The notes under the pieces were generated by a model. It did not search any database. It saw only the letters and a list, made by a program, of their open reading frames with translations, and was not told the DNA's origin. From Gemmatimonadota bacterium (GTDB lineage Bacteria > Gemmatimonadota > Gemmatimonadetes > Gemmatimonadales > GWC2-71-9): 64,000 nt of DNA. Numbering within the stretch: the first letter of the stretch is position 1; every line of letters starts with the position of its first letter. The stretch lies in NCBI GenBank assembly GCA_036679605.1, contig JAZDCZ010000085.1, positions 32,001 through 96,000 of the forward strand. Direction: 5' to 3'. Made by a program: the position numbers and the translations under genes. Positions 17,491-27,801 of this stretch are shown here, piece by piece.

Positions 17491-19371
17491 ATGGATGATG
17501 CTCAGCTGGGACCACTCGCCGCTCGATTAGCCGATGCACTCTCCGATTCATACGTCATTGAGGGCGAAATCGGAAGGGGTGGCATGGGCGTTGTATACAG
17601 TGCAAGGGACCTCAAGCTCAAGCGCCGCGTTGCCATAAAGCTCCTTCCACCTGACCTGGCATTCCGCGAAGGTGTCAAGAAACGCTTCGTTCGGGAAGCG
17701 CAGACCGCAGCCCGGCTAGCTCATCCCCACATTGTACCGATTCACGCCGTTGGTGAGGCCGATGACCTCGTCTATTTCGTTATGGCCTACGTAGACGGAG
17801 AATCACTCGGTCAGCGATTGAAACGCAGGGGCAAGCTTCCGGTCGAAGAGGCACGGCGGATCATGAAGGAGACCGCCGATGCATTGGGTCTTGCACACGC
17901 CACGGGGATTATTCACCGAGACATCAAGCCGGACAATGTGCTTCTCGAGGGTACTCGGCGGCGTGTAATGGTAACGGACTTCGGTATTGCCAAAGCTCTC
18001 TCGGAGTCGGGTGGAGGCACACTCACCGGTACCGGTATCGCGCTGGGCACTCCGACATATATGAGCCCTGAGCAAGCCGCTGGCGAAAAAGCAGTAGATG
18101 CCCGCAGCGACCTCTACTCGTTGGGTATAGTTGCCTTCGAGATGCTCGCCGGCAAGCCTCCATTCCGCGCACCTACAGTCCCGGGTGTGCTGATGAAACA
18201 CATCACCGAGGCGCCGCCGGATGTGATCCAGCTTCGCGGCGAGATTCCCGAGGAATTGGCAGCGACAATAATGCGGTGCCTCGAAAAAGACCCGGAGACC
18301 AGATGGCCTACCGCCGAGGCGTTGCGTCGAGCACTCGAGAGCCGATCCTCCGGACCCTATCGTCCCCGAGCATCACAGTCCAAGAGACCGAGTCGGCCAC
18401 GACGACCGGTTCCGCGACGATCCGGCGACGCTCCTAAAGAGTGGGGCGATTGGTGGGAGGAGCGCGAAGGTCTTCGGGAAAAACGTCCCGCTCGCTTGCC
18501 GGTGCGCCAACGGTCTCTGGAGAAAAGGAAAACCCAACCCGATGGCGAACCGGGCATCGTCAGGCGGTTTCGTTCTAACTTCGCGTCTTATGTCTCGGTG
18601 AACGGCGGGATTCTCCTTATCAATGTTGTGACCGGGCTCTCATTCCCATGGTTCTTATTTCCGGCGATCGGTTGGGGCATCGGCCTGGCTTCACAATACG
18701 GAAAGCTTTGGGCGGATGGCTACAGTATGCGCGACGTGCTAAACCCACCTCCGGCGAAAGACTCCCTTGCAGCTCCGGGTGCCCTACAACAACCCAAACG
18801 GCTGTCCATACCAGGACCCCAGCCTACGACCGATGAATTTGGCAAACACCTGACTTCGATCCTGCAAATGCGAAAGGACAGGGCAGCCCTCGTGCAGTCT
18901 GTAGACAGGCTGCCTGAAGCCGAACGTCAAATGTTGCCCGACGTGATCCAAACCGTCGACGCGCTGATGGATCGCGCCGTCGAACTCGGCAGAACGCTGG
19001 CACAGATGGAGGGCGGCATCAGCAAGGACTCTCTGACCGACCTGGATGAGCGAATAGCCGAGTTGGAGCAAGACAGAGAGGAACCTGACAACCTGCACAA
19101 GATCGAACTTCTTGAAAGGCAGCGTAGCAGCCTGAAGGAACTGCTGGGTCGGCGCCACCGAGTGGAGTCACAGTTCGAGAGTTGTGTCCTGGCAGTACAG
19201 AATGTGCGATTTGACTTGTTGAGGCTTCGATCAGCTGGAGTTGCAGAGGTGCTCGGCGACCTGACCTCTGCTACACAGCAGGCCCGTGCAATGCGTATCG
19301 ACGTTGAAGCCGCAATCGACGCTGCTGCCGAAATCAAGGAAGCTCTTAGTCACAAGTACGTAGGAAGCTAG
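17491..19371 (+). CDS. Hanks-type Ser/Thr kinase with 2TM hairpin and C-terminal coiled-coil
   Basis: GRGGMG, VAIK, HRDIKPDN, DFGIAK and GTPTYMSPEQ; 2TM-like FASYVSVNGGILLIN..PWFLFPAIGWGIGL. Confidence 0.92.
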   Translation: MDDAQLGPLAARLADALSDSYVIEGEIGRGGMGVVYSARDLKLKRRVAIKLLPPDLAFREGVKKRFVREAQTAARLAHPHIVPIHAVGEADDLVYFVMAYVDGESLGQRLKRRGKLPVEEARRIMKETADALGLAHATGIIHRDIKPDNVLLEGTRRRVMVTDFGIAKALSESGGGTLTGTGIALGTPTYMSPEQAAGEKAVDARSDLYSLGIVAFEMLAGKPPFRAPTVPGVLMKHITEAPPDVIQLRGEIPEELAATIMRCLEKDPETRWPTAEALRRALESRSSGPYRPRASQSKRPSRPRRPVPRRSGDAPKEWGDWWEEREGLREKRPARLPVRQRSLEKRKTQPDGEPGIVRRFRSNFASYVSVNGGILLINVVTGLSFPWFLFPAIGWGIGLASQYGKLWADGYSMRDVLNPPPAKDSLAAPGALQQPKRLSIPGPQPTTDEFGKHLTSILQMRKDRAALVQSVDRLPEAERQMLPDVIQTVDALMDRAVELGRTLAQMEGGISKDSLTDLDERIAELEQDREEPDNLHKIELLERQRSSLKELLGRRHRVESQFESCVLAVQNVRFDLLRLRSAGVAEVLGDLTSATQQARAMRIDVEAAIDAAAEIKEALSHKYVGS

Positions 19372-19400
19372 ACCTACATCCGTACAACTCTCTATCCGCT

Positions 19401-21539
19401 CTAGAACTGCTCCATCTCCGAGATAGCTTTGACGAGATCCCCGACCTGTGGAAGAATCAAGTCTTCGAGTTCCGGACTGTAGGCAACGAAGGTGTCGGTA
19501 GCGGCAACTCGCCGAACCGGAGCGTCGAGCCACGCAAAGAAGTCATCGGAGATCTTGGCGGCGATTTCTGCTCCATATCCCCATGAGCGCGAGTCTTCGT
19601 AAGCCACGATCACTTTGTTCGTCTTCCGCACTGATGCTCCAATGGTTTCCCAATCAACAGGGTTGAGTGAGCGGAGATCAATCACCTCGGTTCTTATACC
19701 GCGTTCTTCCTCCAACTGCCGCGCGGCTTGCAGGGTTCTTTGTACGACCGCACCGTAGGTGACCACCGTGAGGTCGGTTCCTTCGTGCACCACCTTAGCC
19801 TTGCCAAACGGGATCATGAAGTTTGGCCCTGGATTGGGTGCCTTGTTGTACGTCTGCCGGTACAAATGTTTGTGCTCCAGAAAGATCACGGGATCGTCAC
19901 ACCGTATTGCGGTTCTCAAAAGGCCGCTAGCGTCGAGCGCCGTAGCCGGGCAAACCACTCGTAACCCTGGAATGCCGGTGAAAAGTGCCGCACCGGTTTG
20001 AGAATGGTATATGGCACCGCCTTTGAGATAACCGCCGTAGGTTACGCGAACGACCACCGGTGCCGCAAATGCGCCATTGCTCCGCCAACGGATCACCGCC
20101 AGTTCGTTCTTTATTTGATGGTAAGCCGGCCAGATATAATCGACGAACTGGATTTCTACGACCGGCTTGATGCCCCGGACGGCCAGTCCTACGGCCCTCC
20201 CAACAATATTCGCTTCTGCCAACGGCGAGTTATAAACGCGATCTGCACCAAATTCTTTCTGCAGCCCCCACGTAACCTTGAAGACACCGCCTTTTCCCTT
20301 GAGCCCATCGAGTTGTTCTTCACGTGATACATCGGCCACATCTTCTCCGAACACTACTATACGAGGATCCCTTTTCATTTCGTCCTTCATACACTTGTTC
20401 AAGAGATCCACCATGGTGGTCGGACTACCGCTGAACTGCGGATCGTCCTCTGTATCGAACTGTTCTGCTGTTGGATCAACATCCTTTGAATAGACGTGAA
20501 GATACAGGCTGTCCGGTCCGGGTTGGGGAGAGGCCAAAGCAACCTCGGCAGCCAACTCTACAAGCTCATCGACCTTCGACTTGATATCTTCGATTTCAAC
20601 TTCAGTTGCTACCCCCTGTTCGATCAATCGCGCCGGAAATACGGTGAGCGGATCGCGCGCAGCTTCAGCCTCCCGCTCCTCCGGTGAACGGTACGCCACC
20701 TCATCGTCAGAGAGCGAGTGAGAATACGGTCGGATCACACTCGCATGCACGAGGGCTGGTCCTTTGCGTGCCCTGCAATGCGCCACGGCGCGCGAAACTA
20801 CGTCGTAGGACGCAACGGGATCGCAACCATCGACTTCTTGGATCAACAGGTTCGGAAAACCCGAGACCAACTTCGATACCGATCCTCCGGCCGTTTGAAC
20901 CTCAACGGGAACTGAGATGGCATAGCCGTTGTCTTCGATCAGAAACAGTACAGGTAGTTTCAGATTGCACGCGGTATTCAAGGCCTCCCAGAACTCGCCC
21001 TCACTCGTAGTACCGTCACCTGCAGTGCACAACACCACCTCATCTTTGTGAATCGCTGCATCTCGATCGGGGATATCGCGAATACGGTGGTATCGAAGCC
21101 ATGCCTCTGCGCATCCCACTGAGCCGAGAAACTGCGTTCCCGTAGGGCTCGAGGATGTAACTATGTTCAGTTCCTTGTGCCCCCAATGTGACGGCATCTG
21201 CCGCCCGCCAGAATTGGGATCGTCTGCGGCTGCGACCGCAGAGAGGATCATCTCCGTGGGCGTCATCCCCAGAGTGAGACACAGTGCGCGATCGCGGTAG
21301 TAAGGATAAAACCAGTCATGGCCGGCTTTTAGAACCTTGCCGGCGGCAACCTGAACAGCTTCATGACCAGCGCCAGAGATCTGGAAGAAGATCTTGTTCT
21401 GACGCTTGAGTTGAATCTCTTTGTCATCAACCCGCCGAGACGTAAACATCAGGCGGTAGATATCTAGGAGCTGCGCCTTATCAAGCCGCGTCGATGGCGA
21501 CCGTTTCGCCTGGGCTGTGGATTTTGTCTTGGTAGGCAT
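19401..21539 (-). CDS. 2-oxoacid (probably branched-chain) dehydrogenase E1, fused alpha/beta
   Basis: [25 protein letters not shown] (TPP motif), HSLSDD, GEDV and PLAEANIVG. Confidence 0.92.
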   Translation of the reverse strand: MPTKTKSTAQAKRSPSTRLDKAQLLDIYRLMFTSRRVDDKEIQLKRQNKIFFQISGAGHEAVQVAAGKVLKAGHDWFYPYYRDRALCLTLGMTPTEMILSAVAAADDPNSGGRQMPSHWGHKELNIVTSSSPTGTQFLGSVGCAEAWLRYHRIRDIPDRDAAIHKDEVVLCTAGDGTTSEGEFWEALNTACNLKLPVLFLIEDNGYAISVPVEVQTAGGSVSKLVSGFPNLLIQEVDGCDPVASYDVVSRAVAHCRARKGPALVHASVIRPYSHSLSDDEVAYRSPEEREAEAARDPLTVFPARLIEQGVATEVEIEDIKSKVDELVELAAEVALASPQPGPDSLYLHVYSKDVDPTAEQFDTEDDPQFSGSPTTMVDLLNKCMKDEMKRDPRIVVFGEDVADVSREEQLDGLKGKGGVFKVTWGLQKEFGADRVYNSPLAEANIVGRAVGLAVRGIKPVVEIQFVDYIWPAYHQIKNELAVIRWRSNGAFAAPVVVRVTYGGYLKGGAIYHSQTGAALFTGIPGLRVVCPATALDASGLLRTAIRCDDPVIFLEHKHLYRQTYNKAPNPGPNFMIPFGKAKVVHEGTDLTVVTYGAVVQRTLQAARQLEEERGIRTEVIDLRSLNPVDWETIGASVRKTNKVIVAYEDSRSWGYGAEIAAKISDDFFAWLDAPVRRVAATDTFVAYSPELEDLILPQVGDLVKAISEMEQF

Positions 21540-21593
21540 GATCGGAAAATAGCCGAGATCTCCCCGGAGGCTAGCCGTACCGGGGTATTCTAC

Positions 21594-21848
21594 TCACTTG
21601 GTTAACCTTGTGATCTTGCGTAGCACATTGAGCTTCTCCAATGCTACCTGAGTGGGCGAGGCCGATTGGGATCCGCAGATGGAGTCCCGGACATCGAGCA
21701 GAACCTCGAGCATCAGTTGCTCGCGTTGGTAAGAGGCGTCCAGATCCATCATTCGTTCGCCATCCCCCGCTTCCTTTGCCCGGGCATATGCTTCACGATA
21801 GATGGAATCGAGGTTTGCGAGTATTTTTTCTCTTGAACGCACATCCAT
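21594..21848 (-). CDS. Small helical hypothetical protein
   Basis: MDVRSREKIL... from ATG 21848 with a GGGGAG RBS. The longer track ORF overlaps the HNH gene. Confidence 0.65.
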   Translation of the reverse strand: MDVRSREKILANLDSIYREAYARAKEAGDGERMMDLDASYQREQLMLEVLLDVRDSICGSQSASPTQVALEKLNVLRKITRLTK

Positions 21849-21881
21849 TTTCTGTTCTCCCCTGAGGCTGGGAACCCCTGG

Positions 21882-22193
21882 ATGGACACGTCGTCCGCTA
21901 AGAGTCGCAGACGTCGCGAGATTTTCGAACGTGACGGCAATCGCTGTGTGTACTGTGCCCAGATACTGGACCGAAGCCAACTCACGATAGATCACGTCCA
22001 ACCGCGAGTGAAGCGCGGAGATCAGTCTCCTGGTAATCTCGTGACAGCTTGCGTAACCTGCAACACTCAGAAAGGTGGGCGGACCGCATGGGAGTGGCTC
22101 AGCGACCGGCCCGTCGAGCGCGAGAACTTCCTACGCTACGCGAATCACGTGTGGGACCGTCATCGGCATGCCGTCCGCAAAGCAGCCCGATAG
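21882..22193 (+). CDS. Stand-alone HNH endonuclease
   Basis: IFERDGNRCVYC..LTIDHVQP...NLVTACVTCNTQKG. Confidence 0.9.
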   Translation: MDTSSAKSRRRREIFERDGNRCVYCAQILDRSQLTIDHVQPRVKRGDQSPGNLVTACVTCNTQKGGRTAWEWLSDRPVERENFLRYANHVWDRHRHAVRKAAR

Positions 22194-22204
22194 ATTTGTT
22201 CCAC

Positions 22205-23485
22205 TCACGCCCTATTGCACCTGAGAGTTACGAGACCACTGGGCACCTTGGGGAGGAAGTATGTCGCTTTCTGGGGCATGACGGCTCCTGCGTCCGCTAC
22301 GGCCAGCACTTGCCGTACCTCGGTGGCATTTAACAACACCCCAGCAACTGCTTCGCCGTTCAACACTTCGTCTATGAGGTGATTGGGCTCAGGCGTGTAG
22401 CCGAGCCTGGCCTCCTCTCCGGCCAGCCTCAATAGTCGCTTCACAATAATCTCGTCCACACGTGCCACGTCCAAAGAAGCGACCGTCGGTTCGTTCGCAA
22501 ACGGCAGCTCGCCCAGACTCGCCCCACCTTTGAGTAGTAGTGCCAAGGCGTTCTTCCCTGGCCTGACTATTATGCAGCCTGTCCCCCTGTCCTTTATGTC
22601 AGCCAAATGGTCGGCGTAGTTGATGTCGGGGGAAAGCTCACGAACATGAAACCGCTCCCTGATCTCCTCTACGAGCCGATCAACGTCTATTGAGTCACCG
22701 TAGATGATGCGGTGAGTTGGAAGGATCTTGAGCCCCGCGTCTCCAACCGGAACCACCATGGCCAACGAACGATCAGCGGCAGCGTATTCCTCCATATACG
22801 TCCCCGCGGTTTCGTATCGATGGTGACCGTCGGCCATATACAGGTGGCCGGCCGCGGCCGCATCCGCCACTGCCCTCCCTGTTGCACCACTTGCCTTCCA
22901 CAGTCTAATCTGAACATCGTTCAAGTCACACTCCGCCAGAGGTGGATCTCTTACGATTTCTCCCAACTTTTCTTGCAGTTCTCCATCTTCGTCCGGTGCC
23001 AACATGAGTAGCGCCTCGAACATTGCATCCGTGGCCCGCAGGAGAGCGAGCCTGTCTTCTTTCGGTCCTGCATGAGTTTTCTCGTGGGGTCTTACTACAC
23101 CTGTTCCCATCGGCTCGACTACCACGGCACCGATGACCCCTGTGCGTGAATATCGTTCTCCACCAGGCGCTACAAAATCCTGCTGGATTACGTACACGCT
23201 TTCGTCGGCGTCGGCCTTCAAGACGCCCTGCGCCAACCAGCTCCCGAACAGTTTCCCGGCGTGTTCATACTTGTCGGCGTCACCAGCGGGCAGAATCAGG
23301 TGCACGATGTTGTGAATGTCCCGCGCAGCCAGCCGAGCGCGTTCTTCAGCCGAGATCACGTCGTAAGGCGGGGCGATCAGATCTCCCAATCTGTTGACAT
23401 CGGAAAACCGGTACCCCACAAATGGCACGATCGCAGGTTCTATCTTCGACTCAGGCATGTTCGTCCCAGTTGAATTTGCCTTCAT
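22205..23485 (-). CDS. DUF1015 family protein
   Basis: APPYDVIS, PHEKT, YMADGHHRY and MPQKATYFLPK. Confidence 0.9.
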   Translation of the reverse strand: MKANSTGTNMPESKIEPAIVPFVGYRFSDVNRLGDLIAPPYDVISAEERARLAARDIHNIVHLILPAGDADKYEHAGKLFGSWLAQGVLKADADESVYVIQQDFVAPGGERYSRTGVIGAVVVEPMGTGVVRPHEKTHAGPKEDRLALLRATDAMFEALLMLAPDEDGELQEKLGEIVRDPPLAECDLNDVQIRLWKASGATGRAVADAAAAGHLYMADGHHRYETAGTYMEEYAAADRSLAMVVPVGDAGLKILPTHRIIYGDSIDVDRLVEEIRERFHVRELSPDINYADHLADIKDRGTGCIIVRPGKNALALLLKGGASLGELPFANEPTVASLDVARVDEIIVKRLLRLAGEEARLGYTPEPNHLIDEVLNGEAVAGVLLNATEVRQVLAVADAGAVMPQKATYFLPKVPSGLVTLRCNRA

Positions 23486-23512
23486 TTTATTGGATATGCG
23501 ATTGGAAGCGCT

Positions 23513-24403
23513 CTATTGCCACGGACGCGCTGCTTCAATCGCCTCCTCGAGCAAGTGGCGGTACGACTCCAGGCGACTTGCCGCCAGCTGGCCGGACCCA
23601 ACCGCTGCGATCACCGCACAGTTAGGCTCTTCGAGATGGCGGCAATCGTCAAAACGACACTCTGACGCGAATCTACCGAGATCTGGAAATGCCCCGGCGA
23701 CCTCGCGCGGGTCGAGACCCCACAACCCAATATCGCTGAGACCCGGAGTGTCCACTACAAACCCCTTTGCGCCAAACGGATACATTTCGGCAGCGACGGT
23801 AGTGTGCCGTCCGCCCCCTGATTTTTCTCCTACTTCCGATGTCCTGAGTCTGAGCCCGGGCTGGAGCGCATTCAACAAGCTGGACTTTCCCACACCACTT
23901 GGGCCCGTCAGGAGGGAAACACGCCCCTCAAGACGTGATCCAAGTTCAGTCAGTTCCTGGGCGTTTGGAATACTCGTGAGGACGACCGGATATCCTGCTG
24001 ATCTATACGGCAGCGCAAGATCATCCGCCGTATCGCAAAGGTCACACTTGTTGATGACGACGGTCACCGATAACCCGTTGGCCGCTGCTACAGCTATGAA
24101 TCGGTCCATCAGATGGTTGTTCCAGTCAGGTGCACAAGCTGCACCTACCACTATCACTTGATCGATGTTTGCGGCCACCTGTCGAACACCTTTGTGCCTC
24201 CCAGGCTTGCACCGCTTGAGGACGGAAGACCTAGTCGCTACCTCCTCGATTGTTGCACCCCCGTCGGGATGTTGACCCAAAATCACTCGATCACCCACCA
24301 GAACTCGATCACGGCCTCTCTGTCTAAACCTGCCCCGGAGTGTCGCCTCCAGGACATTACCGCCGCAGCTCACTCGATATAGCCCGCCTGTCTTGGCGAG
24401 CAC
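23513..24403 (-). CDS. rsgA: Ribosome small subunit-dependent GTPase A
   Basis: NKCDL, GPSGVGKSS, GRHTT, DTPG and the C-terminal CRFDDCRH..EPNC Zn site. Confidence 0.95.
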   Translation of the reverse strand: MLAKTGGLYRVSCGGNVLEATLRGRFRQRGRDRVLVGDRVILGQHPDGGATIEEVATRSSVLKRCKPGRHKGVRQVAANIDQVIVVGAACAPDWNNHLMDRFIAVAAANGLSVTVVINKCDLCDTADDLALPYRSAGYPVVLTSIPNAQELTELGSRLEGRVSLLTGPSGVGKSSLLNALQPGLRLRTSEVGEKSGGGRHTTVAAEMYPFGAKGFVVDTPGLSDIGLWGLDPREVAGAFPDLGRFASECRFDDCRHLEEPNCAVIAAVGSGQLAASRLESYRHLLEEAIEAARPWQ

Positions 24404-24420
24404 AATACCTCGCTCTTGCT

Positions 24421-24744
24421 CTACCAGTCGAGGATCTCCTTGCGATGCTCGATCACTCGATCGAGATGATCTTTGAGTTCATACAAAGTTAGAGATTCGA
24501 TGGCTTCACCGGCTTGCTCCGGTGAATCTCCAAACGACAGGTATTCAGTCTCCAAGTGATTGTCCGGTCCTCCGCGACTCGCCGACCAGCGCACAAAGAG
24601 AACCGCGGCACCATATCTGCCATCTTCGCACGGAGTGTCATCTGCATAGATCTCGACGGAATATGCATGCCCGTCTGCTCCTGTAAACGCTGGCGGCCTG
24701 TTGTGAACCGCCAAATAACCTCGCAGCGTTTCGTCCTTAGTCAC
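24421..24744 (-). CDS. Hypothetical protein
   Basis: GTG 24744 overlaps the proline dehydrogenase TGA (GTGA coupling). Confidence 0.65.
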   Translation of the reverse strand: MTKDETLRGYLAVHNRPPAFTGADGHAYSVEIYADDTPCEDGRYGAAVLFVRWSASRGGPDNHLETEYLSFGDSPEQAGEAIESLTLYELKDHLDRVIEHRKEILDW

Positions 24745-25673
24745 TTTCGTGAAAACGTCTCCTTCGTCAAGCTCGCCAACATGAAAGCCATATTCGCAGG
24801 TCGTTCCGCAAGCCTGCGCATGAGATAAGGATACCAATTGCTTCCAAAGGGAACGTAGACCCGCACGTTGTAACCTTTTTCATTCAGGGCATGCTGCAAA
24901 TCCCGTCTCACGCCATAGAGCATCTGGAATTCAAAGCGATCTAATGCAACACTCTCACTCTCTACGAAATCTACGGCTTGGTCGATCAATCGCTCATCAT
25001 GTGTGGCAATTCCCGGATAGTTACCGTCTGTAAGTAGACGACGCATGAGCGTAATATACGAGGCGTCGACCTCCTCGCGTGTCGAGAATGCCACCGACTC
25101 CGGTTCGGCATATGCACCTTTGCAGAGACGCACCCTTGCTCCCAGAGAGATCATTCTTTCCGTATCTTCTGCCGAACGTCTCAAGTAGCTCTGAATCACC
25201 ACACCGGTTAATTCGGCGAACTCCGGATGGAGGTTCTCTTCGAAAATGCTGAGCGTGCGCTCTGTGTACGCAGAACTTTCCATGTCGATTCTCACGAAAA
25301 TACCGTGTGTTCGCGCGCGAGTAAGAATCGCTGTCATGTTCTCTACACAGAGAGAACGATCTATGTCTAAGCCCAACTGGGAGAGTTTCACGGAGACGTT
25401 GCCATCTATTCCGTTGGCCGCAATCGCGTCGAGTACATCCAACACGTCATCTCTGGCACTGTAGCTCTCTTCGGGCGAACTCACGCTCTCCCCGAGAAGA
25501 TCGAGGCTCACCTCAATCTGTCGCTCGTTGAGAGTAGCCGCCGCCACAACGGCCGCATCCAGTGTTTCGCCGGCAACGAATCGAGAAGCGATCCGGTGAG
25601 CCATGCCGTTTGCCTTTACGAAGGTGAAGATTCCGCGGCGCTCACTCAGCCAAAGGAGTAGTTCCTTGATCAA
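24741..25673 (-). CDS. Monofunctional proline dehydrogenase
   Basis: RFVAGET, VRIDMES, RLCKGAY, IATHD, EFQMLYG and YLMRRLAERPAN. Confidence 0.93.
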   Translation of the reverse strand: MIKELLLWLSERRGIFTFVKANGMAHRIASRFVAGETLDAAVVAAATLNERQIEVSLDLLGESVSSPEESYSARDDVLDVLDAIAANGIDGNVSVKLSQLGLDIDRSLCVENMTAILTRARTHGIFVRIDMESSAYTERTLSIFEENLHPEFAELTGVVIQSYLRRSAEDTERMISLGARVRLCKGAYAEPESVAFSTREEVDASYITLMRRLLTDGNYPGIATHDERLIDQAVDFVESESVALDRFEFQMLYGVRRDLQHALNEKGYNVRVYVPFGSNWYPYLMRRLAERPANMAFMLASLTKETFSRK

Positions 25674-27799
25674 GACCGAGGGTAGATCGGTTCGCGCAAC
25701 TTAGCGAGTCGTTCGAGGATAGGGGCAGGACTAAAGCGATCACCAAATTTATCGGCAAGATCGTTCAACGTAGCGATCACTTCAGCGGTACCCAAGTGAT
25801 CGAGGTATCTGAGTGGGCCGCCAAGAAACGGGGGAAATCCGATACCGAATATCGCTCCGATGTCACCGTCCCGGGGGCACCTCACAATTCCCTCGTCCAA
25901 GGCACGCGCAGCCTCGTTGAGCATGGCGAACACCAATCGCCGATGAATGTCTTCTTCCGAGTTCTTCCCGCTGGGCTTCGGGCTAATGATATCGTAGGCA
26001 GTCGCATCGACGCCCGCCTTCTTTCCACCCTCGTACTTGTAGAAACCTCGCCCACTTTTTCGGCCTAGCCGTCCTTCTCGAGTCATCCGATTGAGTCCGT
26101 CTCTTGGCTCGAATCTGTCGCCATACGCCTCGTGGAGCACTGTCGACGCTTTGACCGCCACATCGAGACCCACTTCGTCCAATAGCGTAATGGGTCCTAC
26201 CGGGAAACCAAATTTAGTCATCGACCTATCAAGCGTCTCGACCGGCACTCCCTCTTCCAACATTCTGCCCGCTTCATTCATGTAGGGAGCGAGAATCCGG
26301 TTGACCCAAAACCCTGGTCTGTCCCGTACGACTATCACCGTCTTACCCATTTTCCGCCCGAATGCAACCGCCGTAACTGTGGCCCACTGAGCCGTCTTGT
26401 CGGTTACGATTACCTCGAGTAGTGGCATCTTTTCTACCGGCGAGAAGAAGTGCATGCCCAGAACGCGCTCGGGGCACTGCGTCGCTTCGGCTATGTCGGC
26501 TATGGGAATCGTGCTGGTGTTAGAAGCTAGGAGACAGCGCTCACCTACATGGCTCTCTACTTGGGAAAAGACCTCGCGTTTGACAGCGAGATCTTCATAT
26601 ACTGCCTCGATTACGAGTTCGGATCTGCCAAACCCCGCCCAATCCACACCACCCGACAACAGACTTTCAAGTCGGCGATAATCGTACTTTGTGATGCGGC
26701 GCCGTCTTAGACGCTTCTTCAATCCACTGCGGACCGTCTGCAATCCCCGCGCAACATCCTCAAGTTCGTTGTCCTTGAGTCGCACGTCAGCCATAGCTCT
26801 GGCAACAGCCACCCCGGCAATCGCCGAACCCATGAACCCTGCTCCCACAACCGTTACGTTTTGAACCGGCCTTGGAGAAGGGGCCACGCCATCTATGCCA
26901 GAGTCCTTCTTCAGCGCAGTCGAGGCAAAGAAGATCTGCACCAGTCTCTTTGACACGTCACCCACGGCAAGCTCGGCGAAATGCGCGGCTTCACTATCCA
27001 GGCCGGCGCTGAGGCCGTACTTGAGACCGTGTTCCACAGCTTCCAGGGCCGCGAGCGGCGCTGGGTAGTGCCCACCTGTCTTGGCGAGCACCTTCTTCCG
27101 CGCCTTGGAGAAAACCAATCTTCGCCCTAACGTGCTCTCGTCTAACAGCAACGCGGCCATCCCACCTTTTCGTCGCTTTCGCTTGCGACCGTCTAATAGC
27201 GACCTGGCCGCCTTGAAGGCCACGTCCTCCAGAATCGCCGGGTGGACCAGTTCGTCGACGATCCCGCGCTTGTACGCGGCCTTTGCTGGTAGCGTCTTAC
27301 CCGCCAGAATGATATCCAAGGCGATTCTGGCTCCCACCAGCCTAGGTAGCCTCTGACACCCTCCCGCAGCAGGGAGGATCCCCAGCTGAACCTCGGGTAG
27401 GCCGAGAATCGTCTTCGGGTGGTCGGTGGCAACTCGGTACGAACACGCGAGAGCCGTCTCCAGCCCGCCGCCCAAGCAGGCACCGTGGATCGCCGCAACG
27501 ACTGGTTTGCCTAGACCTGCGACTTGATTGATTAGTTCCTGCCCGCTCCTCACCAACGCCAGTGCCTTTTCCCGCGTTTTCAGTGCTGCGAATTCGTCGA
27601 TGTCCGCTCCGGCAATGAAGTTGTCGGTCTTGCCGGAGATCAACACGACGGCCTGCACCCGTTCGTCGGCCTGTAGCGACGGCAGAATTGCTTCTAATTC
27701 TTCTTTGACTTCCCGGGATATCTTGTTGACCGGTTCGCCATCGATGTTTATCTCGAGACGCGCAATGCCTTCGATCAGATCTTGTTTGAACGCGCCCAT
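25670..27799 (-). CDS. fadJ: Fatty acid oxidation complex alpha subunit
   Basis: FIAGADI, CLGGGLE, GLPEVQLG, GAGFMG, SNTSTIPI and GMHFFSPV. Start revised to ATG 27799. Confidence 0.92.
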   Translation of the reverse strand: MGAFKQDLIEGIARLEINIDGEPVNKISREVKEELEAILPSLQADERVQAVVLISGKTDNFIAGADIDEFAALKTREKALALVRSGQELINQVAGLGKPVVAAIHGACLGGGLETALACSYRVATDHPKTILGLPEVQLGILPAAGGCQRLPRLVGARIALDIILAGKTLPAKAAYKRGIVDELVHPAILEDVAFKAARSLLDGRKRKRRKGGMAALLLDESTLGRRLVFSKARKKVLAKTGGHYPAPLAALEAVEHGLKYGLSAGLDSEAAHFAELAVGDVSKRLVQIFFASTALKKDSGIDGVAPSPRPVQNVTVVGAGFMGSAIAGVAVARAMADVRLKDNELEDVARGLQTVRSGLKKRLRRRRITKYDYRRLESLLSGGVDWAGFGRSELVIEAVYEDLAVKREVFSQVESHVGERCLLASNTSTIPIADIAEATQCPERVLGMHFFSPVEKMPLLEVIVTDKTAQWATVTAVAFGRKMGKTVIVVRDRPGFWVNRILAPYMNEAGRMLEEGVPVETLDRSMTKFGFPVGPITLLDEVGLDVAVKASTVLHEAYGDRFEPRDGLNRMTREGRLGRKSGRGFYKYEGGKKAGVDATAYDIISPKPSGKNSEEDIHRRLVFAMLNEAARALDEGIVRCPRDGDIGAIFGIGFPPFLGGPLRYLDHLGTAEVIATLNDLADKFGDRFSPAPILERLAKLREPIYPRS

Positions 27800-27801
27800 C
27801 T

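Noticed and set aside
20316..20331. Second parS-like sequence TTCTTCACGTGATACA
   Set aside because: Three mismatches, broken palindrome and inside a CDS.
21882..22193. HNH gene as IscB/Cas9-like or a homing-element marker
   Set aside because: No RuvC motifs, no room for an ncRNA, and no terminal repeats or intron context.
23394..24161. 255-aa plus-strand ORF (similarly 27883-28674, 35305-36072 and 51627-52463)
   Set aside because: Antisense shadows of rsgA, fadI, bactofilin/M23 and thiC, common in GC-rich DNA.
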